Part shown: piece after piece, positions 18,360 to 27,618 of the stretch
How the letters are laid out: every line of letters begins with the position of its first letter
Numbering within the stretch: the stretch's first letter is position 1
Assembly: GCA_003278145.1 (NCBI GenBank)
Contig: QCGV01000001.1
Location: 139,616 to 203,615 of the forward strand
DNA: 64,000 bases
Source: OCS116 cluster bacterium AG-390-A19
Lineage (GTDB): Bacteria; Pseudomonadota; Alphaproteobacteria; MED-G09
Direction of reading: 5' to 3'
The notes under the pieces: model-generated
What the model was told of the DNA's origin: nothing
Databases searched by the model: none
What the model saw: only the letters and a program-made list of their open reading frames with translations
Translations under genes and position numbers: made by a program

Positions 18360-19214
18360 ATGAAAAAATCCTTTGTCTTTTTCGGGGTCTTACTTGGGTT
18401 GTTTTTAATTTTTATTGGTATCTTTAATTCTGATAAAAAACAAAAATTATCTGATGATATTGTTGCTCTTGTTGATAATCACCCTATTTTAAAATCTGAT
18501 CTAGATTTAGCTTTAAAAGCTTTATCAATGAATAAAGATAATCAGATAACAAGTGAGCAGATCCAGCTGGTAAAAGACAGACTAATTGACGAGCAACTTT
18601 TGTTACAAAGAGGTATTGATCTTGATTTACATCAAACATCAAACCCAATTAGAAAATTAATCGTTAATTCAATGATCGATAGTATCCTATCGGAAAATAA
18701 TGACTTTTTAATAGATGATAAAAATTTAAAGAAATTTTATAACGATAATATTTCTTTTTTTCTTCCATCAAAAGAATTGAGATTAAAATTGATTTTTTTA
18801 AAATTTAGATCTCAAGAAGAAGATGAAAAAAGATTAGACACTATTAGAGAAAGATTAATTAATGGGGATGATTTTGATATCGTCTCTAGAGAAGAGGGTG
18901 ACGAATTCCTGCCTAAAATACCTGACACCTTCCTTCCTGAAAGGAAGCTAAAAGATTATATTGATCCTAATTTAGTAAAAAATGCTTTTAATTTAGAGGA
19001 TGGTCAAATTACTAGCGAAATAGAGACTGATAAAGGTTATAGCTTTTTATATTTGGTTGAGTCTGAAAAAGGGGAGCCTTTACCGTTTGAGAGTATGAGG
19101 GATAAAATTAGAGGCGAATATAAGCGTCGTAAGGATGAGGAGGCTTTGCTTAATTATATCGAATGGTTAAGAAAAAAATACGATATTATTTATAATGAGA
19201 CTATTGATGAATAA
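18360..19214 (+). CDS. SurA/PpiD-like parvulin-domain protein with a degenerate PPIase core
   Basis: N-terminal signal anchor and a SurA-N-like helical region. The C-terminal parvulin-like region reads TDKGYSFLYLVE where parvulins have G-x-H-I/L-I. Confidence 0.6.
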   Translation: MKKSFVFFGVLLGLFLIFIGIFNSDKKQKLSDDIVALVDNHPILKSDLDLALKALSMNKDNQITSEQIQLVKDRLIDEQLLLQRGIDLDLHQTSNPIRKLIVNSMIDSILSENNDFLIDDKNLKKFYNDNISFFLPSKELRLKLIFLKFRSQEEDEKRLDTIRERLINGDDFDIVSREEGDEFLPKIPDTFLPERKLKDYIDPNLVKNAFNLEDGQITSEIETDKGYSFLYLVESEKGEPLPFESMRDKIRGEYKRRKDEEALLNYIEWLRKKYDIIYNETIDE

Positions 19215-20424
19215 GCTAAAAATATTTTTAATAGTAATCCTATGCTCTTTTTTTAGTTTCCCTGCAAACTCTCATCAGATAAGTCAGTCATTCTCAAATT
19301 GGACAGTAGAAGAAAAAAATATAACAGCAGTTTTTTCAGTTGCCCCAAGGTACATTACTCTTCTACCAGTTCTAGATGGTTATTATGATAGTTTGGAAGA
19401 TCAGTTATCAAATCATTTAAAAAAGAATATAAAAATATTTTCTAATGAAAAACCCTGTGAAATTTCTTCATCAATACTTACGAAAAGAAATGAAGATAAT
19501 TCAATTAAAGCAATGTTAAATTTTGAATGTCTTGAGACTGGTAATACTCTATCAATTGAAAATAATTCGTTTTTTGATGCATCGGCGGGACATATTCATT
19601 TTGCCAGAATAAAAATAAATTCAAATGATTGGGAAGAAACAATTTTTACCTCAACAAGAAAAAAGAATGAATTTTCTCTCATTTCTGGGAAAAACCAACA
19701 AAGCTCTTTTGAGGTCTTTTTTGATTACATAAAGCTTGGATTTGAGCATATTTTACTTGGATTTGATCATTTAGCATTTTTAATGACACTGCTCTTAGTT
19801 AGCTTAAATTTAAAGAAAGTTTTCTTTACGGTTACTGGCTTTACTATTGGGCACTCTATTACACTTGCCTTGGCTGCTTTGGGTTTAGTTCAACCTTCGT
19901 CAGTAGCAATTGAGGCTTTGATTGGTTTCACAATATTATTAGTAGCAAGCCAAGCACTACTATTAGAGGATAAAAAAAGCCCTATTTTTTTGAAAAGCTC
20001 TGTCGGGTTTTTAATTATTCTTGGATTAGCCTCTATAATTTTTGGAGGAATTGTATCACCGTTAACCTGGATAGGCTTAATTATATTTATGATAAGCTAC
20101 TCTTATCTTGTTGAGGTAAAAAAGGATGCAGAAAAGTTTAATCCAGCTTTAACACTTATCTTTGGTTTGATACATGGTTTTGGCTTTGCAAGTGTATTAC
20201 TTGAATTAGGTTTGCCAAAGGGTAAGGCCGTTTCATCTCTTTTTGGATTTAATCTAGGTGTTGAGCTTGGGCAGATACTTGTAGTTACCCTTGCGATTTT
20301 CACTCTTTACGTGCTAGGGAAAACAAAGTTAATTAATTATAAAGATATTTTTTATAATGTTTCGGCTTTATTATTAATTGCACTTGGGACTTTTTGGTTT
20401 GTTGGGAGAGTTTTCTCTCTCTAG
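19195..20424 (+). CDS. HupE/UreJ-family membrane protein with a ~190-aa N-terminal extracytoplasmic domain
   Basis: HILLGFDHLAFLMTLLL signature followed by about 6 TM helices. Alternative start ATG 19207 (MNKLKIFLIV.. signal peptide). Either start overlaps the upstream gene, by 20 or 8 nt. Confidence 0.75.
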   Translation: MRLLMNKLKIFLIVILCSFFSFPANSHQISQSFSNWTVEEKNITAVFSVAPRYITLLPVLDGYYDSLEDQLSNHLKKNIKIFSNEKPCEISSSILTKRNEDNSIKAMLNFECLETGNTLSIENNSFFDASAGHIHFARIKINSNDWEETIFTSTRKKNEFSLISGKNQQSSFEVFFDYIKLGFEHILLGFDHLAFLMTLLLVSLNLKKVFFTVTGFTIGHSITLALAALGLVQPSSVAIEALIGFTILLVASQALLLEDKKSPIFLKSSVGFLIILGLASIIFGGIVSPLTWIGLIIFMISYSYLVEVKKDAEKFNPALTLIFGLIHGFGFASVLLELGLPKGKAVSSLFGFNLGVELGQILVVTLAIFTLYVLGKTKLINYKDIFYNVSALLLIALGTFWFVGRVFSL

Positions 20425-20439
20425 TTAAAGAGATTTAAA

Positions 20440-21300
20440 ATGGAAGCAGAAAAAGTAATTTTACAATTTAGTTGCCCAGATAAACCTGGTGTATTAGCTG
20501 CTGTCACGCAATTTTTATTTAAAAACGATGCTTTTATGACTGAAGTTTCATCCTTCAGTGCGCATGATACAAAAAGATTTTTTAATCGTATTGCCTTCCA
20601 GAAAAGCGACTCGTCTAGTTTTAATTTAGACACTTTAGAAAAAGATTTTCTAGCTGATCTTAACGATTTTAATATTGATTGTAATTTCTATAATGCTGAA
20701 GTTCCATGTAGGACTGTAATTGCCGTTAGCAAATATAGCCATTGTTTGAATGATATTATTCATCGTTGGGAGGTTGATGCTTTACCAATTGATATTAGGG
20801 CAATAGTTTCTAACCATGATGATGCTCGAAGTTTCTCTGAGTGGAATAAGATTCCTTATCATCATTTACCTGTTTCAGCAGAAACAAAAAAAGATCAAGA
20901 AAAACTTTTTAAAGATGTTATTGAAGATAATGATGCTGAATTAGTAATTCTTGCAAGATATATGCAAATACTATCACCTGAGTTTTTAGATGGATTGACA
21001 TCTGACTGTATAAATATTCATCATTCTTTCCTTCCAGGTTTTAAGGGTGCAAAACCTTACCACCAAGCATATGACAGAGGTGTTAAAATTATCGGTGCGA
21101 CTGCACACTATGTTACAGACGACCTAGACGAGGGTCCAATTATTGAGCAAGATATTCGTCGTGTTGACCACAGCACTTCTCCAGAAAGCATGCAGCAAAG
21201 TGGATATGATATTGAATCATCAGTTCTTTTAAGAGCAGTAAGGCTCTATTCTGAACGACGCATTATGTTGAATGGAATAAAAACTGTCGTTTTTAATTAA
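20440..21300 (+). CDS. purU: Formyltetrahydrofolate deformylase
   Basis: N-terminal ACT-like domain plus formyltransferase core (NIHHSFLPGFKGAKPYHQAY, GATAHYVTDDLDEGPIIEQD). Confidence 0.93.
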   Translation: MEAEKVILQFSCPDKPGVLAAVTQFLFKNDAFMTEVSSFSAHDTKRFFNRIAFQKSDSSSFNLDTLEKDFLADLNDFNIDCNFYNAEVPCRTVIAVSKYSHCLNDIIHRWEVDALPIDIRAIVSNHDDARSFSEWNKIPYHHLPVSAETKKDQEKLFKDVIEDNDAELVILARYMQILSPEFLDGLTSDCINIHHSFLPGFKGAKPYHQAYDRGVKIIGATAHYVTDDLDEGPIIEQDIRRVDHSTSPESMQQSGYDIESSVLLRAVRLYSERRIMLNGIKTVVFN

Positions 21301-22751
21301 TCAGGATAATTTGAAGGTGGTATAAAATTATAACCTTCTTTTTCTAACAGCTTGGCAAGCCCAATTGTTTTTAAATCACCGTATTCAGGCCCAATAATTT
21401 GAATTCCTATTGGAAGTCCTTCCTTAGTTAAGCCAGTAGGTATAACTGTTGATGGAAGATAGCTAGCTATAGCAATACCTGCCCAAAAAACTTGCTCAAA
21501 ATATGGTCTCTCATCGTTGTCTACCATTATTGTCCTTTCTCCATAATTAAGATGATTATGATCAAAGGCCTCTGTAGCCATAACTGGAGTGATTAAAGCA
21601 TCATATTTTTTAAAGAATTCATGCCATTTCCATCTTAGATGTGTTCTGTCGTTGTTTGCATTATTATAATCTCTTAGAGAAGATGTTTGTTTTCTTAATG
21701 TGTAGGCGGATTCGCTTGTATCATTAGGATCAAGCTTTGAGAGTTTTTCTTTCAATAGATTATATTCATCATGACTTGTTCTCGATGCCATTGTTGGTAA
21801 AAGAAGAGATTGATATGTATCCATAGCTTTCAGCATATCGAAATCAGGTCGAGCTTCAAAATTTACCTCACCTCCAGCATCAGAAATTGTCTTGGCTACT
21901 TTTAACACTCTATTTTGAACCTCTTGATTTACAGGCGCAATATCGTCATTAACCCAAGCTGCAATTTTGTATTCTTTTAAATCTTTTTTTTCAGATTTCT
22001 GCAGGTCCATTTTTAATCCAGCGCTTTGTATTTCATCTGGACCTCCCATTATTAAAACACCTGTCTCTAAATCTTTAGCGCTTCTTCCCAAAGGCCCAAT
22101 AACAGTAAGATCTGATTGTGCTAAAGAGCCTGGAAGTGCATGACCCCTTGGCGGTAATAATCCCCAGGTTGGTTTATGTCCAAAAACTCCGCAGTAATGC
22201 GCTGGGTTTCTTATTGATCCACCAATATCTGAACCAGTTTCATAACCAGTAAGGCCAGCTGCTAAGGCTGCTGCAGATCCACCAGAGGATCCACCAGGTA
22301 CCTTTGCAAGATTCCAAGGATTATTTGTTGTGCCATAAATATCATTATAACTTTGAAAATCAGCTAGATTAAATGGAACATTTGTTTTACCAAAAATTAC
22401 TGCACCTGAATTTTTCAGTCTCTGAATCGACAAGGCGTCTTCTTTAACAATATTATCTTTTAAATCCGGCCTTCCATAAGTTGTTGGTGTATTTTTTACA
22501 CCATATGACTCTTTAACAGTCATTGGAACACCGTGCAAAGCACCTAAAATTTCACCTTTGAGAAGTTTTTCGTCTAATTCACGTGCTTGTTTTCTTGCTT
22601 CATCATAATTTTTAACAATAATTGCATTAATTGAAGGATTATAACTTTCAACTCTTTTAATAAAATACTCCAAAAGTTCAGAGCTGCTTATTTCCTTGTC
22701 TAAAACCATTTTAGCAAGTTCATTGGCTGATTTATATGATAGTTGTGTCAT
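21297..22751 (-). CDS. Amidase-signature family amidase
   Basis: GGSSGGSAAALAAG signature with GSDIGGSIRNPA. Length 484 aa. Confidence 0.9.
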   Translation of the reverse strand: MTQLSYKSANELAKMVLDKEISSSELLEYFIKRVESYNPSINAIIVKNYDEARKQARELDEKLLKGEILGALHGVPMTVKESYGVKNTPTTYGRPDLKDNIVKEDALSIQRLKNSGAVIFGKTNVPFNLADFQSYNDIYGTTNNPWNLAKVPGGSSGGSAAALAAGLTGYETGSDIGGSIRNPAHYCGVFGHKPTWGLLPPRGHALPGSLAQSDLTVIGPLGRSAKDLETGVLIMGGPDEIQSAGLKMDLQKSEKKDLKEYKIAAWVNDDIAPVNQEVQNRVLKVAKTISDAGGEVNFEARPDFDMLKAMDTYQSLLLPTMASRTSHDEYNLLKEKLSKLDPNDTSESAYTLRKQTSSLRDYNNANNDRTHLRWKWHEFFKKYDALITPVMATEAFDHNHLNYGERTIMVDNDERPYFEQVFWAGIAIASYLPSTVIPTGLTKEGLPIGIQIIGPEYGDLKTIGLAKLLEKEGYNFIPPSNYPD

Positions 22752-22808
22752 TATTTCCCCCTTTTGATAATATAAGGGAATTTTTTTACATTAGAAGAGT
22801 ATAAAAAA

Positions 22809-24104
22809 TTAAATTGAAATCCAATTACCTTCTGGAGACAATTGCTCATCCTGATCGTTATAAAAACTTTCAGCATTATTTTCTTTGAGAACTTTCAGCA
22901 TGTAAGGAAGCTCCATACCTTCCTTTTCAAGTTTATCAATAATTTTGTAAGGACCTATATTATCCATTGCCTTGAAAGGACCATTACTCCAATTAAAACC
23001 CCATTGCATTGCACGATCAACGCTAACAATATCATCGGCAATAATTGGTACTAGATTTGCCGCATAACATAATGTTGCTCCGTAAACATCCCATGCAAGA
23101 ATACCATCAGGGCCATCATCAAATAAAATATTAATATCATTTATATCTAACTCTTCTTTTTTTTGTGGTCTCCATGTCTTTGTTAAGAGATCAAAGGTTT
23201 CTTTATTTCGCGAACCATCCTCATTTTTAGTCATTCTGAAAAAACCGCCACCAGTTTTTCTTCCGAATTGGCCATTTGTTATCATTTCTTTTTCTGCTTC
23301 AGGAAATTCACCGTATTGTTTTCCTAGGTCTCCTTCAGGAAGATTAACTGCAAAGTTTTTACCTATCATTTCCATTACATCCAAACCTATAAGATCATAC
23401 AGGCTATAAAGTCCGGTTGATGGAAGCCCTATTGGGGTTGAAAGTATTGCATCTACTCTTTCTTGGCTTAATCCTTTATCCAATGCTTCTTTACCTTTAT
23501 GTAAACCAATAAACATAAAGAAACATCCAATTCTATTAGCAATAAAACTAATTGTATCTTTTGCAATAACAACCCCTTTTTCTAGGGTTTGAGTGCAAAA
23601 AAGATTGAGAGCTTCAACTGTTTCTGGATCTGTATCATTTCCAGGAACTATCTCTAATAATTTCATTGCTTTTACAGGATTAAAAAAATGAGTTACAGCT
23701 AAATTCTTTTTTAATCTGTCTGGCATTCCTTCTGAAATTTCTTTCAATAATATTCCTGAGGTATTTGAGGTAAGAATTGTGTGATCAGATCTAACTTCCT
23801 CAACTCGTTTTATAAGCTCTCTTTTTGCTTCAGCATTTTCAATAATTGCTTCGCAAATCCAATCATAATTTTTTAGCTTTTCTAAATCTTTATCGAAAGT
23901 ACCTGTTTCAATATTTGCCATTTTTTCTGGGTTATCAATTGGAGCAGGTATTCCGTTTAGCAATCTATCTTTTGCAGCATCAACTGCATCTTGATTAATC
24001 TCTAGAATTAGCACCTTTATATCCCTTTCAGCACATAAACCAGCTATACCAGCACCCATAGTACCACCACCAAGAACTGCCACAGATTTAATTTCTTTTG
24101 TCAT
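22809..24104 (-). CDS. 3-hydroxyacyl-CoA dehydrogenase (NAD-binding plus C-terminal domains)
   Basis: VLGGGTMGAGIAG Rossmann motif and the HFFNPV motif. 431 aa with no enoyl-CoA hydratase domain. Confidence 0.88.
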   Translation of the reverse strand: MTKEIKSVAVLGGGTMGAGIAGLCAERDIKVLILEINQDAVDAAKDRLLNGIPAPIDNPEKMANIETGTFDKDLEKLKNYDWICEAIIENAEAKRELIKRVEEVRSDHTILTSNTSGILLKEISEGMPDRLKKNLAVTHFFNPVKAMKLLEIVPGNDTDPETVEALNLFCTQTLEKGVVIAKDTISFIANRIGCFFMFIGLHKGKEALDKGLSQERVDAILSTPIGLPSTGLYSLYDLIGLDVMEMIGKNFAVNLPEGDLGKQYGEFPEAEKEMITNGQFGRKTGGGFFRMTKNEDGSRNKETFDLLTKTWRPQKKEELDINDINILFDDGPDGILAWDVYGATLCYAANLVPIIADDIVSVDRAMQWGFNWSNGPFKAMDNIGPYKIIDKLEKEGMELPYMLKVLKENNAESFYNDQDEQLSPEGNWISI

Positions 24105-24112
24105 ATTGTTTC

Positions 24113-24592
24113 CTAAAATTTAAGTTCTTCTTTTGAAACTACAATCCCATCCTCATCTGCATAAATAAAATCGCCATCAGAAATTGTAATATTTGCAAAA
24201 TTTAATGTCACATTAAATTCACCACCATCATTTTTTATAGATTTTTTTGGATGAGCAGCTAACGCTTTAACGCCAATTTTTTCAACTATGATTTCTAGTT
24301 GATCTCTCACACATCCATTTATAATTATACCAGACCAATTATTTTCAGAGGCCATGCTTGCTAAATTCCCACCAAGTAGGGCACAATTCATTGAACCTTC
24401 GCCATCAACAACCAAAACCTTATTAGTCCCGTCAGACTCAAGAGAAGATCTTACCTTTGTATTATCATCAAGAGTCTTAAGGGTAATAGCTTTACCGAAA
24501 AAAGCAGTTCTGCCTCCAAAATCCTTAAAAATTGGTTTTGCAACTAAAGTACTCTCCGGGTACTTATCGCATATATCTGCCGTTGGTAGCAT
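24113..24592 (-). CDS. RraA / 4-hydroxy-4-methyl-2-oxoglutarate aldolase family protein
   Basis: Collinear with E. coli RraA: DFGGRTAFFGKAITLK, VLVVDGEGS, GIIINGCVRD. Length 159 aa. Confidence 0.85.
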   Translation of the reverse strand: MLPTADICDKYPESTLVAKPIFKDFGGRTAFFGKAITLKTLDDNTKVRSSLESDGTNKVLVVDGEGSMNCALLGGNLASMASENNWSGIIINGCVRDQLEIIVEKIGVKALAAHPKKSIKNDGGEFNVTLNFANITISDGDFIYADEDGIVVSKEELKF

Positions 24593-24607
24593 AAAGCTTA
24601 GAGTTTA

Positions 24608-25882
24608 CTAAAATTGATCTGCTTCAGTAGAGTCACTTAATGCTGTTGTTGATGATTCACCACCTGCAGCAGCTTCAGAAACCATATCAAAATAGCCTGT
24701 TCCAACCTCTCTTTGGTGACGAGTGGCAGTATAACCATCTTTTTCAGAACCAAATTCTGCTTGCTGAAGTTCTGAGTAAGCACCCATACCTCGATCTCTA
24801 AAGTTAGATGCCAATTCAAACATTCCATAATTTAAAGAATGGAAGCCGGCTAATGTAACAAATTGATATTTAAAACCTAATTTTCCGATTTCTTCGCGGA
24901 AAGTCTCAATAGTATCTTTATCGAGGTTTGCTTCCCAATTAAAGCTTGGAGAGCAATTGTATGCTAACATTTGATTAGGATAAGCAGCTTTAACTTGTTT
25001 CGCAAATTCTGCGGCTACTTCAATACTAGGTACTGAGGTCTCCATCCAAATTAAATCTGCATGAGGTGCATAAGCAATTGCCCTTTTTACACAGTTATCA
25101 AAGCCTGAGCCTTCCTTAAGTCTATAAAAGCCTTCCGGAGTTCTATCGTCTCTATCAATAAACTCATGATCTCTCTCATCAACATCTGATGTAATTAGTT
25201 TAGCGCTTTCAGCATCTGTTCTTGCGACAATTATTGTAGGCACACCACAAACATCAGCTGCAAGTCTTGCTGCATTTAGATTTCTGATATGTTGTTTAGT
25301 TGGTATTAAAACTTTACCACCCATGTGACCACATTTTTTTTCAGAAGCAAGTTGATCCTCAAAATGAACGCCAGATGCACCAGCATCAATATAAGCTTTC
25401 ATAATTTCAAAACAATTTAGAGGTCCACCGAATCCTGCTTCAGCATCGGCAATAATAGGTGCAAACCAATCTCTTTTTGCTCCACCTTCAGATACTTCAA
25501 TTTGATCAGCTCTTTGAAGGGTTTTGTTAATCTTTCTTGCTAACTCAGGACCTGAATTGGCAGGGTATAAACTTTGATCAGGATATGTTGCACCAGCAGT
25601 ATTATTATCTGCAGCTACTTGCCAGCCTGACAAATAAATTGCTTTTAAACCAGCTCTTACCATCTGCATGGCTTGATTACCTGACAAGGCACCTAAAGAT
25701 GATACTTGATCCTCAGTATGAAGCATATTCCAAAGCTTATTTGAGCCTCTTGTAGCTAATGTATATTCAATTGGAAATGACCCTCTCAGTTTTTCAACAT
25801 CTTCAACTGAGTATGGTCTCTCAATACCATCGAATCTTCCTTCAGGAGCAGAAGGAACTAAATCATAAAAACTTTTTGCCAT
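24608..25882 (-). CDS. aceA: Isocitrate lyase
   Basis: KKCGHMGGK active-site signature. Length 424 aa. Confidence 0.95.
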   Translation of the reverse strand: MAKSFYDLVPSAPEGRFDGIERPYSVEDVEKLRGSFPIEYTLATRGSNKLWNMLHTEDQVSSLGALSGNQAMQMVRAGLKAIYLSGWQVAADNNTAGATYPDQSLYPANSGPELARKINKTLQRADQIEVSEGGAKRDWFAPIIADAEAGFGGPLNCFEIMKAYIDAGASGVHFEDQLASEKKCGHMGGKVLIPTKQHIRNLNAARLAADVCGVPTIIVARTDAESAKLITSDVDERDHEFIDRDDRTPEGFYRLKEGSGFDNCVKRAIAYAPHADLIWMETSVPSIEVAAEFAKQVKAAYPNQMLAYNCSPSFNWEANLDKDTIETFREEIGKLGFKYQFVTLAGFHSLNYGMFELASNFRDRGMGAYSELQQAEFGSEKDGYTATRHQREVGTGYFDMVSEAAAGGESSTTALSDSTEADQF

Positions 25883-25909
25883 GTTTTTCCCCTTTATTTA
25901 TTTGAAAGC

Positions 25910-27523
25910 TTATTTATTTAAAGAAATTATTTCTTCATAAGCTGATAGTGTTAGGAATTCTTTACAGTCAGGAGATATAGACATTTTCTCAAATAATTCA
26001 ATAGCTTTTTCATATTTTCCATCTTTCCATTGATTTTCTCCAATTATTTCTTTTAGACCTTTGATTTCATCGTCAAGAATTGATTTAAAAAATTCAACAG
26101 TAACAGTTCTTCCATCGCTAAGTGATGTTGAGTGTTTAAGCCATTGCCAAATCTGAGCACGAGAAATTTCAGCTGTTGCAGCATCTTCCATTAAATTATA
26201 AAGAGGCACAGCACCTCTTCCGCCTAACCATGCAGCTATATATTGAATACCAACCCTAATGCATTCTCTCATTCCATCCTCAGTCTTTTCTCCTTTGTGA
26301 ACCTCTAACAAATCTTTTTGCGTAATATTTATATTATCTAAAGAGACATCAAGTTGATTTTCCCCTGATATTGATGTGCTGAATACTTCGAGAGCAGTTG
26401 GAACGAGACCTGGATGAGCAACCCAAGTACCATCATGACCATTCTTTACTTCTCTTTCTTTATCTTTTTTTACTTTATCAAAAGCAGCATTATTTTTTTC
26501 ATCATCATCTTTGACAGGTATTTGTGCTGCCATACCGCCCATAGCAAAGGCACCTCTTTTATGGCATGTTTTTATAAGTAATAGTGAATATGCATTTAAA
26601 AAAGCATCACCCATAACAACCTGAGATCTATCAGGTAATATATAGTCTGGATTATTTCCTAATCTTTTAATGTAACTAAAAATATAATCCCATCTTCCGC
26701 AATTGAGACCAACTATATGATCCTTAAGTTCATATAAAATCTCATCCATTTGAAAAGCTGCCGGAAGAGTTTCTATTAATACTGTTGCTTTACATGTACC
26801 TATTGGTATGTTTAGTATTTCTTGCGCTTTATTAAAGACTTTATTCCAAAGTCTTGCTTCTAAGTAACTTTCCATTTTTGGTAGATAAAAATAAGGCCCT
26901 GTATTTTTTTCAAAAATATTTTTATGATTATGAAATAGATAAACTGCATAATCAAAGATACCTCCAGAAATTCTCTCACCGTCAATTTCAATATGCGCCT
27001 CTTCTAGATGCCATCCCCTTGGTCTAACTATAAGGACTGATGGGTTGGGATTAAGTTTATATTCTTTTCCAGAGTTTGGATCTTTGAAATCTATTTCATC
27101 ATTCCATAAATCCATTAAATTAATTTGTCCTTGAATTATATTTTCCCATGTTGGTGACATTGAGTCTTCAAAATCCGTCATAAAAGTTTTGGCATCAGAA
27201 TTTAGAGCATTAATAATCATTTTACGATCAACAGGACCAGTTATTTCAACTTGCCTATCAAGAAGATCATTAGGTATTGATGCAACTTTCCAATCTGACT
27301 CTCTTATAGATTTTGTTTCTTCTAAAAAATCAGGTAATGCACCATTATCAAGATCAAACTGTTTTCTTAGTCTTTCTTGAAGAACTCCTAATCTTTCTCT
27401 TTTAAACTCTCTTTCAAGCTCAGCAACAAATGCTAAGCATTCTTTAGTTAGTATTTTTTCAATTCCAGGATGATCCGGACCAAGGATTTCTACACCTTTT
27501 GGTGTTTCTAAATTCAATGCCAT
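25910..27523 (-). CDS. aceB: Malate synthase A
   Basis: 537 aa. Motifs typical of the A-type enzyme: GLNCGRWDYIFS, FYLPKMES, DGTWVAHPG. Confidence 0.93.
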   Translation of the reverse strand: MALNLETPKGVEILGPDHPGIEKILTKECLAFVAELEREFKRERLGVLQERLRKQFDLDNGALPDFLEETKSIRESDWKVASIPNDLLDRQVEITGPVDRKMIINALNSDAKTFMTDFEDSMSPTWENIIQGQINLMDLWNDEIDFKDPNSGKEYKLNPNPSVLIVRPRGWHLEEAHIEIDGERISGGIFDYAVYLFHNHKNIFEKNTGPYFYLPKMESYLEARLWNKVFNKAQEILNIPIGTCKATVLIETLPAAFQMDEILYELKDHIVGLNCGRWDYIFSYIKRLGNNPDYILPDRSQVVMGDAFLNAYSLLLIKTCHKRGAFAMGGMAAQIPVKDDDEKNNAAFDKVKKDKEREVKNGHDGTWVAHPGLVPTALEVFSTSISGENQLDVSLDNINITQKDLLEVHKGEKTEDGMRECIRVGIQYIAAWLGGRGAVPLYNLMEDAATAEISRAQIWQWLKHSTSLSDGRTVTVEFFKSILDDEIKGLKEIIGENQWKDGKYEKAIELFEKMSISPDCKEFLTLSAYEEIISLNK

Positions 27524-27618
27524 AAATTTTTTCCCTAATTTTTTAGATAAATGTTAATGGAAGGTATATCATAGAAAAATTATTTGGATAATGATATTTA
27601 TTTGATTCTAAAATTTTT

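Noticed and set aside
27566-27597. Inverted repeat ATATCAT-N18-ATGATAT in the aceB/hisS divergent spacer.
   Set aside because: The arms are only 7 bp, A/T-only and widely spaced. There is no second copy and no relation to the hisZ palindrome. This is compatible with chance.
27524-27618. Glycine riboswitch upstream of malate synthase, as known for SAR11 glcB.
   Set aside because: The spacer is only 95 bp and almost entirely A/T. It lacks the conserved GGAGAG / CACCG-type cores. The gene here is the A-type malate synthase (aceB), not glcB.
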